A DNA stretch of 64,000 nt from an uncultured delta proteobacterium (GTDB lineage Bacteria; Desulfobacterota; Binatia; Binatales; Binataceae): positions 3,712,001 to 3,776,000 of the forward strand of contig CAWEEQ010000004.1 in NCBI GenBank assembly GCA_963808235.1, given 5' to 3'. Below the pieces are notes generated by a model. The model did not search any database. It was not told the origin of the DNA and saw only the letters and a program-made list of their open reading frames with translations. Every line of letters starts with the position of its first letter. Positions within the stretch are counted from its first letter, which is position 1. Shown here in pieces: positions 29,800 to 40,147 of the stretch. Made by a program: the position numbers and the translations under genes.

Positions 29800-32700
29800 A
29801 TGCCTCACTCTCGCGAAATTTTAGTTTCATCACGAGCCGCCGAACGAATCGCGGCTGCGCGCGCATGGCTTGAGGCGCTCCCCGCGGACGCGGGCGAGGT
29901 GCTCGTGATCGCGTCGGTCAAGGAGGCGGCCGACGACCTGGTGCGCGGTTTCGCGGAGTCGCGCGGCGCGCTGCTGGGGATGCATCGCATGACGCCGAAC
30001 CGGCTGGTCGGGCTGCTCGCGGCGGAGCATATCGCGGACCGGGGACTTGCTCCCGCCGACGGTCTTGCGGCCGAGGCGGTGGCTGCGCGCGCGGTCTTCC
30101 GCCTGGCGCCGTCGAATGCGCTGGCGCATTTCAGACCCGTGCTCGATCGTCCTGGTTTCGCGCGTGCGCTCGCGCAGACGATTGCCGAACTGCGCTGGAA
30201 CAATATTGCGGCGCACGAGCTGCGCGCGTTCGGAGGTGCGGGCGCTGCGATTGCCGCGACCCTCGAGCGATTCGAGGAGGAGCTGGCCGAGGCAAAGCTG
30301 ATCGATCGGGCCGGGATGGTGAAGGTCGCGACCGACGCGGTGCGCGCGAATCCTGCGCCGCGTTTCGCAGGCCTGCCGATGCTTCTGCTCGATTTGTCGG
30401 TCGATGGAGTCCTCGATCGAGATTTTATCGCGGCGCTGGCCGCGCGATCTCCGTCGATTCTCGCGACCATTCCCGACCGGCGATCCCGCGGTGCAGTCGC
30501 TGCTGGAAGAAGCGCTCGCGGTCAAGGCGAATCCATATTCGGCGCCGGCAAATGAAAACAATCTGCCGTCGCTTCATCGTCTGCAGGCGCATCTGTTCGC
30601 GGATACGGCGCCGCCGGAGCGCGACGTTGATGAAACCGTGAGCGTGATTTCGGCGCCGGGCGAGATGCACGAATGCGTCGAGATCGCGCGCCGAATCGCC
30701 GCGGAGGCTCGGCGCGGCGTGCCGTTCGATCGAATCGCGGTGCTGCTGCACGAGCCGATTCGCTACGCACCTTACTTGCAGGAGGCGCTCGCTCGCGCCG
30801 GAATTCCCGCTTACTTCGCGCGCGGCACGCGCCGTCCGGAGCCCGGCGGGCGCGCGCTGCTCGCGCTGTTAGGATGTGCCGCCGAGAATCTCTCCGCGCG
30901 CCGTTTCGGCGAATATCTTTCGCTCGCCCAAGTGCCCGACGCGGACCGCTCTGCCGCCTCGGCTGACGGCAGCGGATCGATAAGCCCGGAGACTGAACTT
31001 GCCGCCGACGCGCTCGCCGCGGATCTCGAAGTCGAGAGCGAGTCCGCGGTTGTCGACAGTCCGATCTCCGACCCGGTTCCCGTGGTCGAAGGCACCGTGC
31101 GCGCGCCGTGGCGATGGGAGCGGCTGCTGGTCGATGCGGCGGTGATCGGCAACAGCAGTGAGCGCTGGGAGGCGCGGCTCAAGGGCTTGCGCAACGAACT
31201 CGAGGCGCGGCGCGCACAGCTCGCCGACGACGAGGCGCGGGTGCGCGGTGTCGAACGGCGAATTTTGGACCTCACTCATCTAAGCGACGTGGCGATGCCG
31301 ATTCTGTCGGTCCTCGGCGCGACGCCGCGCAACGCGACCTGGATGGAGTGGCTGCAATATCTTCGCGGTCTCGTCGAGCTTGCGATTCGCGATCGCGAGC
31401 CGGTGCTGGCGGCGCTCGCGGAGTTGGAACCGATGGCGCCGGTCGGGACCGATTGGTCTCGACGAAGTGCGGATGGTGCTGAGCGATCGGCTGGGAAGGC
31501 TCGAAGCTCCCCGCGCCCGGCGGCGCTATGGCGAGGTCTTCGTCGCGGCGCCCGCTCGCGCGCGCGGGCTTGCCTTCGACGTCGTGATCGCGCCGGGCCT
31601 CGCCGAACGGATGTTCCCGCGCAAGGTGACCGAGGATCCGATTCTGCCCGACTCAGCGCGCGCGCGGCTGAGTCCATATCTGGCGCGCAACGATCGGCGG
31701 GTCGGTGCGGAGCGGCTTGCGCTTAGACTCGTGGCTGGAGCGGCGCGCGAGCGGGCGATGTTTTCTTATCCTCGCGTCGATCTCGACCAGGGGCGTCCGC
31801 GAGTACCGTCTTTTTACGCGCTTGAAATTTTGCGCGCTGCCGAGGGGCGCTTGCCCGGCTTTGCGGAGCTCGCAGATCGCGCGGCCTCGGAGCAGGCGAC
31901 GCGGCTCGGATGGCCGGTGCCCGCGGATCCGGCCGACGCGATCGACGACGCGGAATTCGATCTGGCGGTTCTGGATAAACTGCTCGACAAGGACCCGGAA
32001 ACGACCATCGGCGCGGCCAATTATCTGCTCAACGAAAATGAGCATCTCGGACGCGCGCTCAGGGCTCGGGCGCGGCGATGGCTCCGGCGCTGGACGGTGT
32101 CGGACGGGCTGGTCGATCCCGAGCCGGCGGCGATTGCGGCGCTCGGACGTCATCAGATGTCGGCGCGTTCCTATTCGCCGACCGCGTTGCAGAACTTCGC
32201 CGCCTGCCCGTATCGATTTTTCCTGCAAGCGATTCATCGGCTGGAGCCGCGCGAGGAACCCGAAGCGATCGAGGCGCTCGATCCGCTGACGCGGGGCGGA
32301 CTGTTTGCGGAAGTTCAATACGAAATCCTGTCGGCGCTGCGCGAGATCGAAGCGTTGCCGGTCACGCCGGAAACTCTCGACGACGCATTCGATTTGCTCG
32401 ACGAGCAGTTGGAGAAAGTCGCGGCGAGTTCACATGACAAGCTGGCGCCCGCGATCGAGCGGGTCTGGCGCGATGGAATCGACTCGATCCGTGCCGACTT
32501 GCGTGAATGGCTCCGGCGCGCGGCAAGCGATCCGGAGCACTGGCGGCCCGAATGGTTCGAGCTTGGGTTCGGACTGAGCGATCGGGAGCAGGCGGATCCG
32601 CGCAGTTCGACGGCGCCGGTTGAAATCGAAGGCGGTCTTCGCTTGCGCGGGTCGATCGATCTGCTCGAGCGCGATCCGGCGGGACGAATTCGAGTGACCG

Positions 32701-33083
32701 ATCACAAGACCGGAAAAGTCCGCGCCGCGAAGAATTTCGTGATCGGCGGAGGCAAGACTCTGCAGCCGGTTTTTTATGCGCTCGCCGCGGAAAAGGTTTT
32801 GCACGAGCCGATATACGCGGGACGCCTTTATTACTGCACAGCGACCGGCGGCTACGAGGAGCGCGTGGTCGAGATCGACGAACGCGCGCGAATCGCGGCG
32901 CGCGATTTCGCCACGATCGTCAGAGAGGCTCTGGAGGCGGGTTTCCTGCCCGCCGCGCCGGATGCTCGAGAATGCGATTGGTGCGACTACAAGCGCGTCT
33001 GCGGACCATACGAGGAGCGGCGCGTGGCGATGAAACCCAAAGCGCGGCTTGCGTCGCTCAAGAAGCTTCGCGAGATGTCGTGA
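29800..33083 (+). CDS. addB: AddB-like subunit with C-terminal PD-(D/E)xK nuclease and Fe-S motif (two apparent +1 frameshifts near 30473 and 31447)
   Basis: Three overlapping track ORFs join after removing one base from CCC and one from GGG. Motifs: SPTALQNFAACPYRFF, RGSIDLLE, TDHKTG, LQPVFY, CDWCDYKRVC. Confidence 0.85.
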
Positions 33084-36000
33084 CCCCGATGAATACGACC
33101 AGCATCGCCGATCAGCAGGTGCGCGCGCGGATTCGCGACGACCTCGAAACCACCCTGGTGATCGAGGCGGCGGCAGGAACCGGCAAGACGACGGCGCTGG
33201 TGAATCGAATCGTGTCGGTGGTCGGCTCAGGGCGGGGCGAACTCGCGCGGATCGTCGCGGTGACGTTCACCGAGAAAGCGGCGGGCGAGTTGAAGCTCCG
33301 ACTGCGCGGCGAGATCGAGCAGGCGCGTCATGCGCCCGGACTTACTCGCGAGGTCAGCGCGCGCCTTGACGAAGCGCTCCGGCAACTCGAAGAAGCGCGA
33401 ATCGGCACGATTCATTCTTTTTGCGCAGACCTGCTGCGCGAGCGGCCGGTGGAGGCGCAGGTCGATCCGCGGTTCGAAGTCGCGCCCGAGGAAATCTCCG
33501 GGGAGATGTTCGACGCGGCGTTCGATCGATGGTTCGAAAAGGTGCTCGCCAATCCCGGCGAAGGGATGCGCCGATTGCTCAGGAGGCGCGACTTGTCGGC
33601 GCGCAGCGGTCCGCGAGCGATCGCGCGGCGCGCGGCGAACGAACTTCTGAACTGGCGCGACTTCGATACGCCGTGGCAACCCTCGCCGCTCGCGCGGGAC
33701 GGCGAGATCGACGCGATCGTCGCCGAAGTTGAGGCGCTGGGCGAACTCGCACGCACCGCGGAGCCTGACGACTGGCTGGGCAAGGGCCTCGACGCGATCG
33801 CGCGTCCGGTGCGTGAAGCGACCCGCCTGGAAGCGGTGCGGGGCCGCGACTACGACGCGCTCGAAGCGGTGCTGGTATCGCTCGCGACCGGCAGGCGCTG
33901 GGAGTGGAAGGGATACGGAGGCGGATTTGGCGATGTCGAGCGCGGCGAAGTTTTCCGCCGGCGCGCCGAGTTGCACGAGCGGCTCAAGAAGTTCCGTGAC
34001 GACGCGGGGGCAAATCTGGCGCCGATTCTGCGCGAAGAATTGTGGCCGATGGTCGCGATCTACGAAGACATGAAGCGGCGCGCGGGCCGGCTCGATTTCC
34101 TCGACTTGCTGCTGGTCGCGCGCAATCTCGTCCGCGACAATCCGGCGGTGCGCGCTGAATTGCAGGATCGATTCACGCACATCTTTGTCGATGAATTCCA
34201 GGATACCGATCCGCTGCAGGCGGAAATTCTGCTCCTGCTCTCGTCCGCAGATCCCGTCGAGTCGAATTGGCGGCAAGTACAACCGCGTCCGGGCAAGCTG
34301 TTTATCGTCGGCGATCCCAAGCAATCGATTTACCGTTTCCGCCGCGCCGACGTTTCGCTCTACCAGGACGTGAAACAAATGCTGCTCAGCCGCGGCGCCG
34401 CGCTCGAGAATCTCACCGTGAGTTTTCGCGCGACGCCTCAGATTCAAGATGCGGTGAATGCGGCATTTGCGCCGTTGATGAGCGAGGAATCGCGCACGCA
34501 GCCGGTCTATGCGCCGTTGACGCCGTTTCGTGCCGGTGTGGAGACACAACCCTCGATCGTCGTGCTCCCGGTGCCGGAGCCGTACGGCGATTTCGGGCGC
34601 GTGGTTGATTGGAAGATCGACGAGTCGATTCCCGAGGCGATTGCCGCGTATGCGCGATGGCTCGTGGTCGAGAGCGGATGGACGGTGACCGAGCGCGAGG
34701 CGCCCGAGGTGCGGGTGCCGATTCGTCCCCGGCACATATGTATTTTGTTCCGCCGCATGAATTCGTTCGGACGCGACGTGACGCGGCCTTATTTGCGCGC
34801 GCTCGAAGCGCGCCATCTGCCGCATGTGCTGGTCAAGGGTGGTTCATTCAACGAGCGCGAGGAAGTGATCGCGATCCGAAATCTGCTTGGTGCGATCGAA
34901 CGTCCCGAAGACGAGTTGCTGGTGTTTGCGGCGCTGCGCGGGCCGATCTTCGCGCTGTCGGATGCCGCGCTGCTCGAATTCCATGAGACGCAGGGCAGCC
35001 TGCATCCATTTCGCAAGCTGAAACCCGAGCCATCGCAAAGCGTTCTCGAAGTGAGCCGCGCGCTCGAGGTGATCAAGGGATTGCATCGCGGCCGAAATCG
35101 CCGCCCGATCGCGGAGACGCTCGCGATGCTGCTCGCGAAGACGCGCGCGCACGCGGGAATCGCTATTTGGCCGACCGGCGAGCAGGCGCTCGCGAATATC
35201 ATGCGAATCATGGATCAGGCGCGGCGCTACGAGGCGAGAAGCGGTGCGACGTCGTTTCGCGCGTTCGTCGATGAACTCGAAGCGCGCGCCGAGCGCGACG
35301 AAGCCAGCGAGACGCCGATTGTGGAGGAAGGCACGGAGGGCGTGCGCATCATGACGGTGCATCGCGCGAAGGGCCTTGAGTTCCCGGTCGTCATCTTCGC
35401 GGACCCGACTTGCAACGAGACGCGCGCGGAGGCGTCGCGATATATCGAGCCGGCCGGCAAAATCGCGGCGATGGAACTTGCGGGATGCGCGCCGCGCGAG
35501 CTCCAGGAGCATCGCGAAGAAGAGCATCGCCGCGACAAGGAGGAAGCGATCCGCCTGCTCTACGTGGCGGCGACTCGCGCGCGCGATCTGATCGTGGTGC
35601 CGGCGGTTGGCGATGAGCTGCCGGGAATTGGCGACGGCGAAGATGACGGATGGCTCGCCAAGCTGAGTCCGGTCGTTTTTCCGGCGACGGCAAATCGGCG
35701 GGCTCCGCTGACGCGGACTCCCGCGGGATGCCCGGATTTCGGCGACGACAGCGTGCTCACGCGGCCCAATCGCGCGCCGGACAAGATGAAGTCGGTAGCG
35801 CCGGGACTTCATCGCGCGACGGCGGGCGCTCACCAGGTCGTTTGGTGGGATCCTTCGCGGCTCATCTTGCATGTCGAAGAGGCGATGGGGCTCAGGCAGA
35901 ACAAGCTGCTGCAGGCCGACGAGAACAAGCTAATCTCGATCCGCGGAATGAAGACGCACGAGGTCTGGACCGCGAAAAGAGTGGAGATGTTGGCGGCGGG

Positions 36001-36562
36001 AATCGCGCCATCGATTACCGTCGCGACTGCGACCGAGCTTGCGATTGCGCAGCCGGCGATTGGGCTTGAATTTGCAGGCGAGATAGCGGTTGAAGAAACC
36101 CGGCGCGATCGCGGAAGGCCGCATGGCAAGCGCTTCGGCACGCTGGTGCATCTGACGATGCTCCGGGCGGGATTCGACGCCGGCGCGAGCGAGGTCGGCA
36201 TGATCGCGGCGAGCGCCGGCAGGATGATCGGCGCGTCGCCGGATGAAGTCGCCGCGGCGACGGCGGCGGTAGTCGCAGCGCTCGATTCGGCGCTTATCCG
36301 GCGCGCCAAGAGCGCGGACCTCGTGATGCGCGAGTGTCCGCTGATGGTGCGGCTCGAAGACGGCGTCATGCTCGAAGGTATCGCGGACCTGGCGTTTGCC
36401 GAGGGATCTAGGCGCGCCGCCAAGTGGACGGTGGTCGATTTCAAAACCGACCTCGAGATCGCGCCGCGGCTCGACGAGTATCGCGCCCAGATCGGTCTAT
36501 ATATGCACGCGATCACGCAAAGCACGCGCCGCCCGTCTACGGGCGCGATCTTGTGGATTTGA
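33080..36562 (+). CDS. addA: AddA-like UvrD helicase with C-terminal nuclease
   Basis: EAAAGTGKT, VTFTEKAA, VDEFQDT, VGDPKQSIYRFR, TVHRAKGLEF, YVAATRA, VVDFKT. GTGA overlap with addB. Confidence 0.92.
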   Translation: MTPMNTTSIADQQVRARIRDDLETTLVIEAAAGTGKTTALVNRIVSVVGSGRGELARIVAVTFTEKAAGELKLRLRGEIEQARHAPGLTREVSARLDEALRQLEEARIGTIHSFCADLLRERPVEAQVDPRFEVAPEEISGEMFDAAFDRWFEKVLANPGEGMRRLLRRRDLSARSGPRAIARRAANELLNWRDFDTPWQPSPLARDGEIDAIVAEVEALGELARTAEPDDWLGKGLDAIARPVREATRLEAVRGRDYDALEAVLVSLATGRRWEWKGYGGGFGDVERGEVFRRRAELHERLKKFRDDAGANLAPILREELWPMVAIYEDMKRRAGRLDFLDLLLVARNLVRDNPAVRAELQDRFTHIFVDEFQDTDPLQAEILLLLSSADPVESNWRQVQPRPGKLFIVGDPKQSIYRFRRADVSLYQDVKQMLLSRGAALENLTVSFRATPQIQDAVNAAFAPLMSEESRTQPVYAPLTPFRAGVETQPSIVVLPVPEPYGDFGRVVDWKIDESIPEAIAAYARWLVVESGWTVTEREAPEVRVPIRPRHICILFRRMNSFGRDVTRPYLRALEARHLPHVLVKGGSFNEREEVIAIRNLLGAIERPEDELLVFAALRGPIFALSDAALLEFHETQGSLHPFRKLKPEPSQSVLEVSRALEVIKGLHRGRNRRPIAETLAMLLAKTRAHAGIAIWPTGEQALANIMRIMDQARRYEARSGATSFRAFVDELEARAERDEASETPIVEEGTEGVRIMTVHRAKGLEFPVVIFADPTCNETRAEASRYIEPAGKIAAMELAGCAPRELQEHREEEHRRDKEEAIRLLYVAATRARDLIVVPAVGDELPGIGDGEDDGWLAKLSPVVFPATANRRAPLTRTPAGCPDFGDDSVLTRPNRAPDKMKSVAPGLHRATAGAHQVVWWDPSRLILHVEEAMGLRQNKLLQADENKLISIRGMKTHEVWTAKRVEMLAAGIAPSITVATATELAIAQPAIGLEFAGEIAVEETRRDRGRPHGKRFGTLVHLTMLRAGFDAGASEVGMIAASAGRMIGASPDEVAAATAAVVAALDSALIRRAKSADLVMRECPLMVRLEDGVMLEGIADLAFAEGSRRAAKWTVVDFKTDLEIAPRLDEYRAQIGLYMHAITQSTRRPSTGAILWI

Positions 36563-36580
36563 GTTTCTTGCCGACTGGTT

Positions 36581-36615
36581 CCCCTTCCCTCGAGGGAAGG
36601 GGTCAGGGGTTAGGT
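36581..36615. repeat. Perfect 22-bp palindrome plus TCAGGGGTTAGG tail (REP-like element or terminator)
   Basis: CCCCTTCCCTCGAGGGAAGGGG, just after the addA stop. Confidence 0.75.
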
Positions 36616-36691
36616 AGGCCCGGTCCCACTCGCGCCGCCAAATATCTTCCGCTATTGCTTTGTGGTCAAATCTCGATTGAGGCGACTATCG

Positions 36692-37790
36692 ATGGCAATA
36701 GACATTATATACGGAGAACGAGTGACCGAGGGCGTCGAGGCGGACGCGAACACCGGTGGGCTGTGGCTGAACGGCGCCGACCTCGAGCGCGTCTCGGGCT
36801 GGACGCATAAGGCCGCAGGGATTCTGCAAGGGCGAGGTCTGCGTGCCGGTGCCGGCCGCGCGCCAAAGTGAGTTCGTTCACGGCGACGATTACAACCTGG
36901 CGGCGCTCGCGGAGATGCTCGGGCAGCCGATGGTCGCCGACGCGGAAAATCACGCGTACTGCTTTGGCGAGGCTGCGGACGAGCGCAAGCGAATCCTGAC
37001 CTCGCTCGACGCGCCGGATTTCAGCTTGCCCGATCTCGACGGCCGGACGCATTCGCTGTCGAAGTATCGCGGCAAAAAAGTTCTTCTCGTTTCATGGGCC
37101 TCGTGGTGAGGATGCCGCTTCGACCTGCCAGTCTGGCAGGCTCTTTACGAAGAACTCGGACCGAGTGGATTTGTGCCAATCGCGATCGCATTTGACAGCG
37201 GCGGCAATGCTGCCACCGAGCCGTGGATCAAGGCGGCCAAGCCCACTTATCCGTGCCTTATCGATCGACGCCACGTGGTCGCCGAGCTTTACGATATGGT
37301 CAATGTGCCGACCGCGGTCTGGATCGACGAGCGCGGCAAGATTGTCCGGCCGAGCGAGCCCGCGGGCGTGACCGACGCGTTCCGCAAGATGAATCGGACC
37401 AACTTTTCGATTCCTACCGACGCGATGAACGAGCTGCAGGCCAAGCGCAAAGCGTACCTCGATGCGCTTCGCGACTGGGTAGCGAAAGGCGCCAAGAGCA
37501 GGTTCGCGCTCGACGGGGCCGAGGTGCTCCGCCGGATGCATACTCCCGACGCCAAACAGGTGCGCGCCGCCGCAAACTTCCGGCTCGGCGAATATCTGTT
37601 CGAGCACGGCCACGCGGCTGCGGCGCAAAAGTATTTCGAAGAAGCGAAGCGGCTTCGTCCGGAGAGCTGGAATTACAAGCGCCAGGCATGGGCGCTCGAA
37701 GATCCGATGAAACCGGGCGGGCCCGAGTTCTGGGCCGCGGTCGATTCGCTCGGCGAAGGGAAATACTACCCCGGTGCCGAAGACATATAG
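36692..37790 (+). CDS. Selenocysteine-containing ResA/TlpA-like redoxin (WASW-U-GC motif; UGA at 37107-37109; apparent +1 frameshift near 36811)
   Basis: APDFSLPDLDGRTHSLSKYRGKKVLLVSWASW-UGA-GCRFDLPVWQ reads through in frame into ORF 37173-37790 (NVPTAVWIDERGKIVRP, then a TPR-like helix pair). Confidence 0.9.
37124..37140 (+). promoter_or_regulatory. Bacterial SECIS-like hairpin of the redoxin
   Basis: CCUGCCA-GUC-UGGCAGG, a 7-bp perfect stem 14 nt after the UGA with GU in the loop. Confidence 0.8.
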
Positions 37791-38679
37791 CAATCGCGAG
37801 ATCCTGGTCGTGGGATATGGATCGTTGCTGAGCGGATACGGCCTGCTCGCGCAGCGGCGCGGCGGGGCGAGCCGGCTAATCGCGCGCGACGTCGAGCGGG
37901 TCTCGATTCGTAACGCGCGGCGCGGACTCGCCAAGCCGTCGAGTCACGGCAGTTACCTCGCGATGGATATCGAACCGGTCGATCGACGAGCGTCGATTAC
38001 CGCATCGACTGGACTGGGCGGCGTCGGAATCGGCGGCCTGCTTCTGACTTTCGATCGCGAGTGCGCGCCGCTGATTGCGCGGCGCGAGGAATACGAGGCC
38101 GGCGCGTTCGAGCGGCTGATTGGGCTGGCCGATCGCGCGGGCGTCCCGCTCGGCGAATACCTGATGGAGCTCGCAAGCGGAACGAATTTCGATCTGCTCG
38201 CGTATCGAATCGCACTCCGCACGATGCTCGGCTACACGTCGCCCGGCTACATTTTCCATCCGATCCAAATCGACGACGGGCGTATCGCGATAATCGCGAT
38301 AGGGTCAGGATTTGAAGGGAGCGGAGATCCGCGGATTGTGTCGCGGCGCCAGCAATTCGGGATGGATCGACTGCTCACGCTCGACGAGGCGCTGCGGCTC
38401 GAAATTCCCGATTTCGACCGCGCCGGACAAATCGGCTACTACGCCGAATGTCTGCTCGGCGGACTGCACGGAGTGGCGGTCGGCGATCTCGCGAATCGGT
38501 TCGACCCGGACGCTCCGTGGCTGCGCGAGCTCGACGATCACTTCGCACGAGTGGCGAGTGGCGAGCGGGCAAGATTTATCGAGGCCACCTCTCTGGATGA
38601 CGCGCGTTACGAGGCAAGGTTTTCCAGCCGTCATGAAAACCTTGCCGCGCTTCTGAAAACCGCGAGCGTGGAACCATGA
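37774..38679 (+). CDS. Gamma-glutamylcyclotransferase-like protein
   Basis: N-terminal ILVVGYGSLLS and later ARREEY; overlaps both neighbours. Confidence 0.6.
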   Translation: MPKTYSNREILVVGYGSLLSGYGLLAQRRGGASRLIARDVERVSIRNARRGLAKPSSHGSYLAMDIEPVDRRASITASTGLGGVGIGGLLLTFDRECAPLIARREEYEAGAFERLIGLADRAGVPLGEYLMELASGTNFDLLAYRIALRTMLGYTSPGYIFHPIQIDDGRIAIIAIGSGFEGSGDPRIVSRRQQFGMDRLLTLDEALRLEIPDFDRAGQIGYYAECLLGGLHGVAVGDLANRFDPDAPWLRELDDHFARVASGERARFIEATSLDDARYEARFSSRHENLAALLKTASVEP

Positions 38680-39185
38680 CGACGCCTGTCGACTCGAAAT
38701 TTTCGATTCACGTGGCGAAGGAAAATCTGAAATTCTCCGCCGCGCATTTCATCGCCTATCCGGGATTCCGCGAGCCGCTGCATGGCCACAACTACCAGGT
38801 CGGTGTTTACGTCGAAGGCAAGCTCGCAAGCACCGGCTACGTGATCGATTTCGGGCTGATCAAAAAACTTACCAAAGAGATCGTCGATCGACTCGACGAG
38901 CGAACGATCATCCCGGCCAACAGCGATTGCCTGAAAATTGAAGGACCCAAGGACGGGAAGGTGCGAATCTTTTACGAGCGCGACGAGTTCGTGCTCCCCG
39001 CGGCCGACGTATGCCTGGTTCCGATCGTGCACAGCTCGGCGGAGGAACTCGCACGCTACATATGGAACGAGCTGGCGGCGGCGCTGATCGCACGCGGTGC
39101 ACTCAGGGAAGTGACGACGATGGAAATTTCAGTGGCCGAGGGTCCCGGCCAGTCGGCGCACTATCGCAGTCAGACCTCCTCCTAA
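38676..39185 (+). CDS. 6-pyruvoyl-tetrahydropterin synthase (COG0720) family, PTPS-III-type motif
   Basis: FSAAHF, REPLHGHNY (E-x2-HGH with no Cys), VIDFG, SSAEELA. Confidence 0.88.
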   Translation: MTTPVDSKFSIHVAKENLKFSAAHFIAYPGFREPLHGHNYQVGVYVEGKLASTGYVIDFGLIKKLTKEIVDRLDERTIIPANSDCLKIEGPKDGKVRIFYERDEFVLPAADVCLVPIVHSSAEELARYIWNELAAALIARGALREVTTMEISVAEGPGQSAHYRSQTSS

Positions 39186-39229
39186 GCTGAAGTTCATTCC
39201 GCGCGGGCGCAATTGCGATGGCGATCTCG
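39140..39229 (+). repeat. 90-bp direct repeat copy 1 (last 46 nt of the PTPS gene plus 44 nt downstream)
   Basis: Identical to 44650-44739. Confidence 0.98.
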
Positions 39230-39304
39230 TCGCCGCCCGAGAATCGCGGAGAAATTGACGCGGCGCCGCAGAAAATCCGGAAGATCGATCGACTCTCCGG
39301 AAAC

Positions 39305-39682
39305 TCAATCTCCTATTTTAATCGCTTCCGCGGTGCATGCGACTCTGGACCAACAGTCTCTAAGCAGCGCTCCCCCAGTGCCGCTCCCGCACGTGACGTT
39401 GGTGATCCCATTGGCGCTCATCGCGCCGGCTTTAGTCCGCAGTTGATCGGTCACGCCTTGCTCGGTTGGTTGATCGTCCCACAGAGCGAATTTGCATGCG
39501 CTGGCATCGATCGGCCCGAGCGTAGTGTATTTGAGACTGGCGAGATCGCCGGGTTGATACACTTTCACCTGTGCGGTCTGCTCAGGTACCACAGGAATGC
39601 CTTCCCGCAAATTGCAGCCCGCGACGACCACTACCAATAGTCCAGTACTCAATCCAGACAACATATTTTTGTAGCTAATCAT
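39305..39682 (-). CDS. RcsF-like lipoprotein
   Basis: Lipobox VAGC; VKVY...LGPIDASAC...LRTKAGAMSANGITNVTC...DCWSRVACTAEAI reproduces the four-Cys RcsF pattern. Confidence 0.7.
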   Translation of the reverse strand: MISYKNMLSGLSTGLLVVVVAGCNLREGIPVVPEQTAQVKVYQPGDLASLKYTTLGPIDASACKFALWDDQPTEQGVTDQLRTKAGAMSANGITNVTCGSGTGGALLRDCWSRVACTAEAIKIGD

Positions 39683-40147
39683 CGCTAACCTCGAATTTCC
39701 GTTTTTGAAACCGGATTCATTCGCATCAAGACCACGCGTTTGAAAACACAAAGTTGGAGCCCGGATTTGATTCCAAATACTTTGCAGGGCACCGCACCCG
39801 GCGCGTTCTGCCTCGCCTTGGTAAAAGAACACCGAAACTGGTGGCTTTCCTCTCTGAATTGTTTATTCCCCGCCGTGGGAATATGGCTCGGAGTGTGACA
39901 CTCGCGCAAGCGAAACAGTCCGTAAGGGCTACCGTTGAAAGGAGAAACTGAATCTAGACGCCTCTTCGCTTGCCGGCGGGCTGGCCGGATGCGTGTACGC
40001 GCCGCATAAACTTGACGCTCATTTTCGAGCCTTGCGACGCGAAAAAGCTAAATATATAAGGCGTTGCACGTATAGACCGTCAAGAGGTGTCCTAGTACAC
40101 TGCCACTGGCGTTGCATTACGCTCGGCTCTGAAGTCTTTACAGGGAC

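Noticed and set aside
29800-33083. Three-gene split AddB or programmed frameshifting
   Set aside because: The breaks are single extra bases in CCC and GGG runs with no slippery heptamer, the same pattern as other errors in the window.
28101-35872. Long antisense or alternate-frame ORFs (e.g. 28101-29675, 33227-34825)
   Set aside because: These are shadow ORFs of high-GC coding sequence, Arg-rich and without recognisable motifs.
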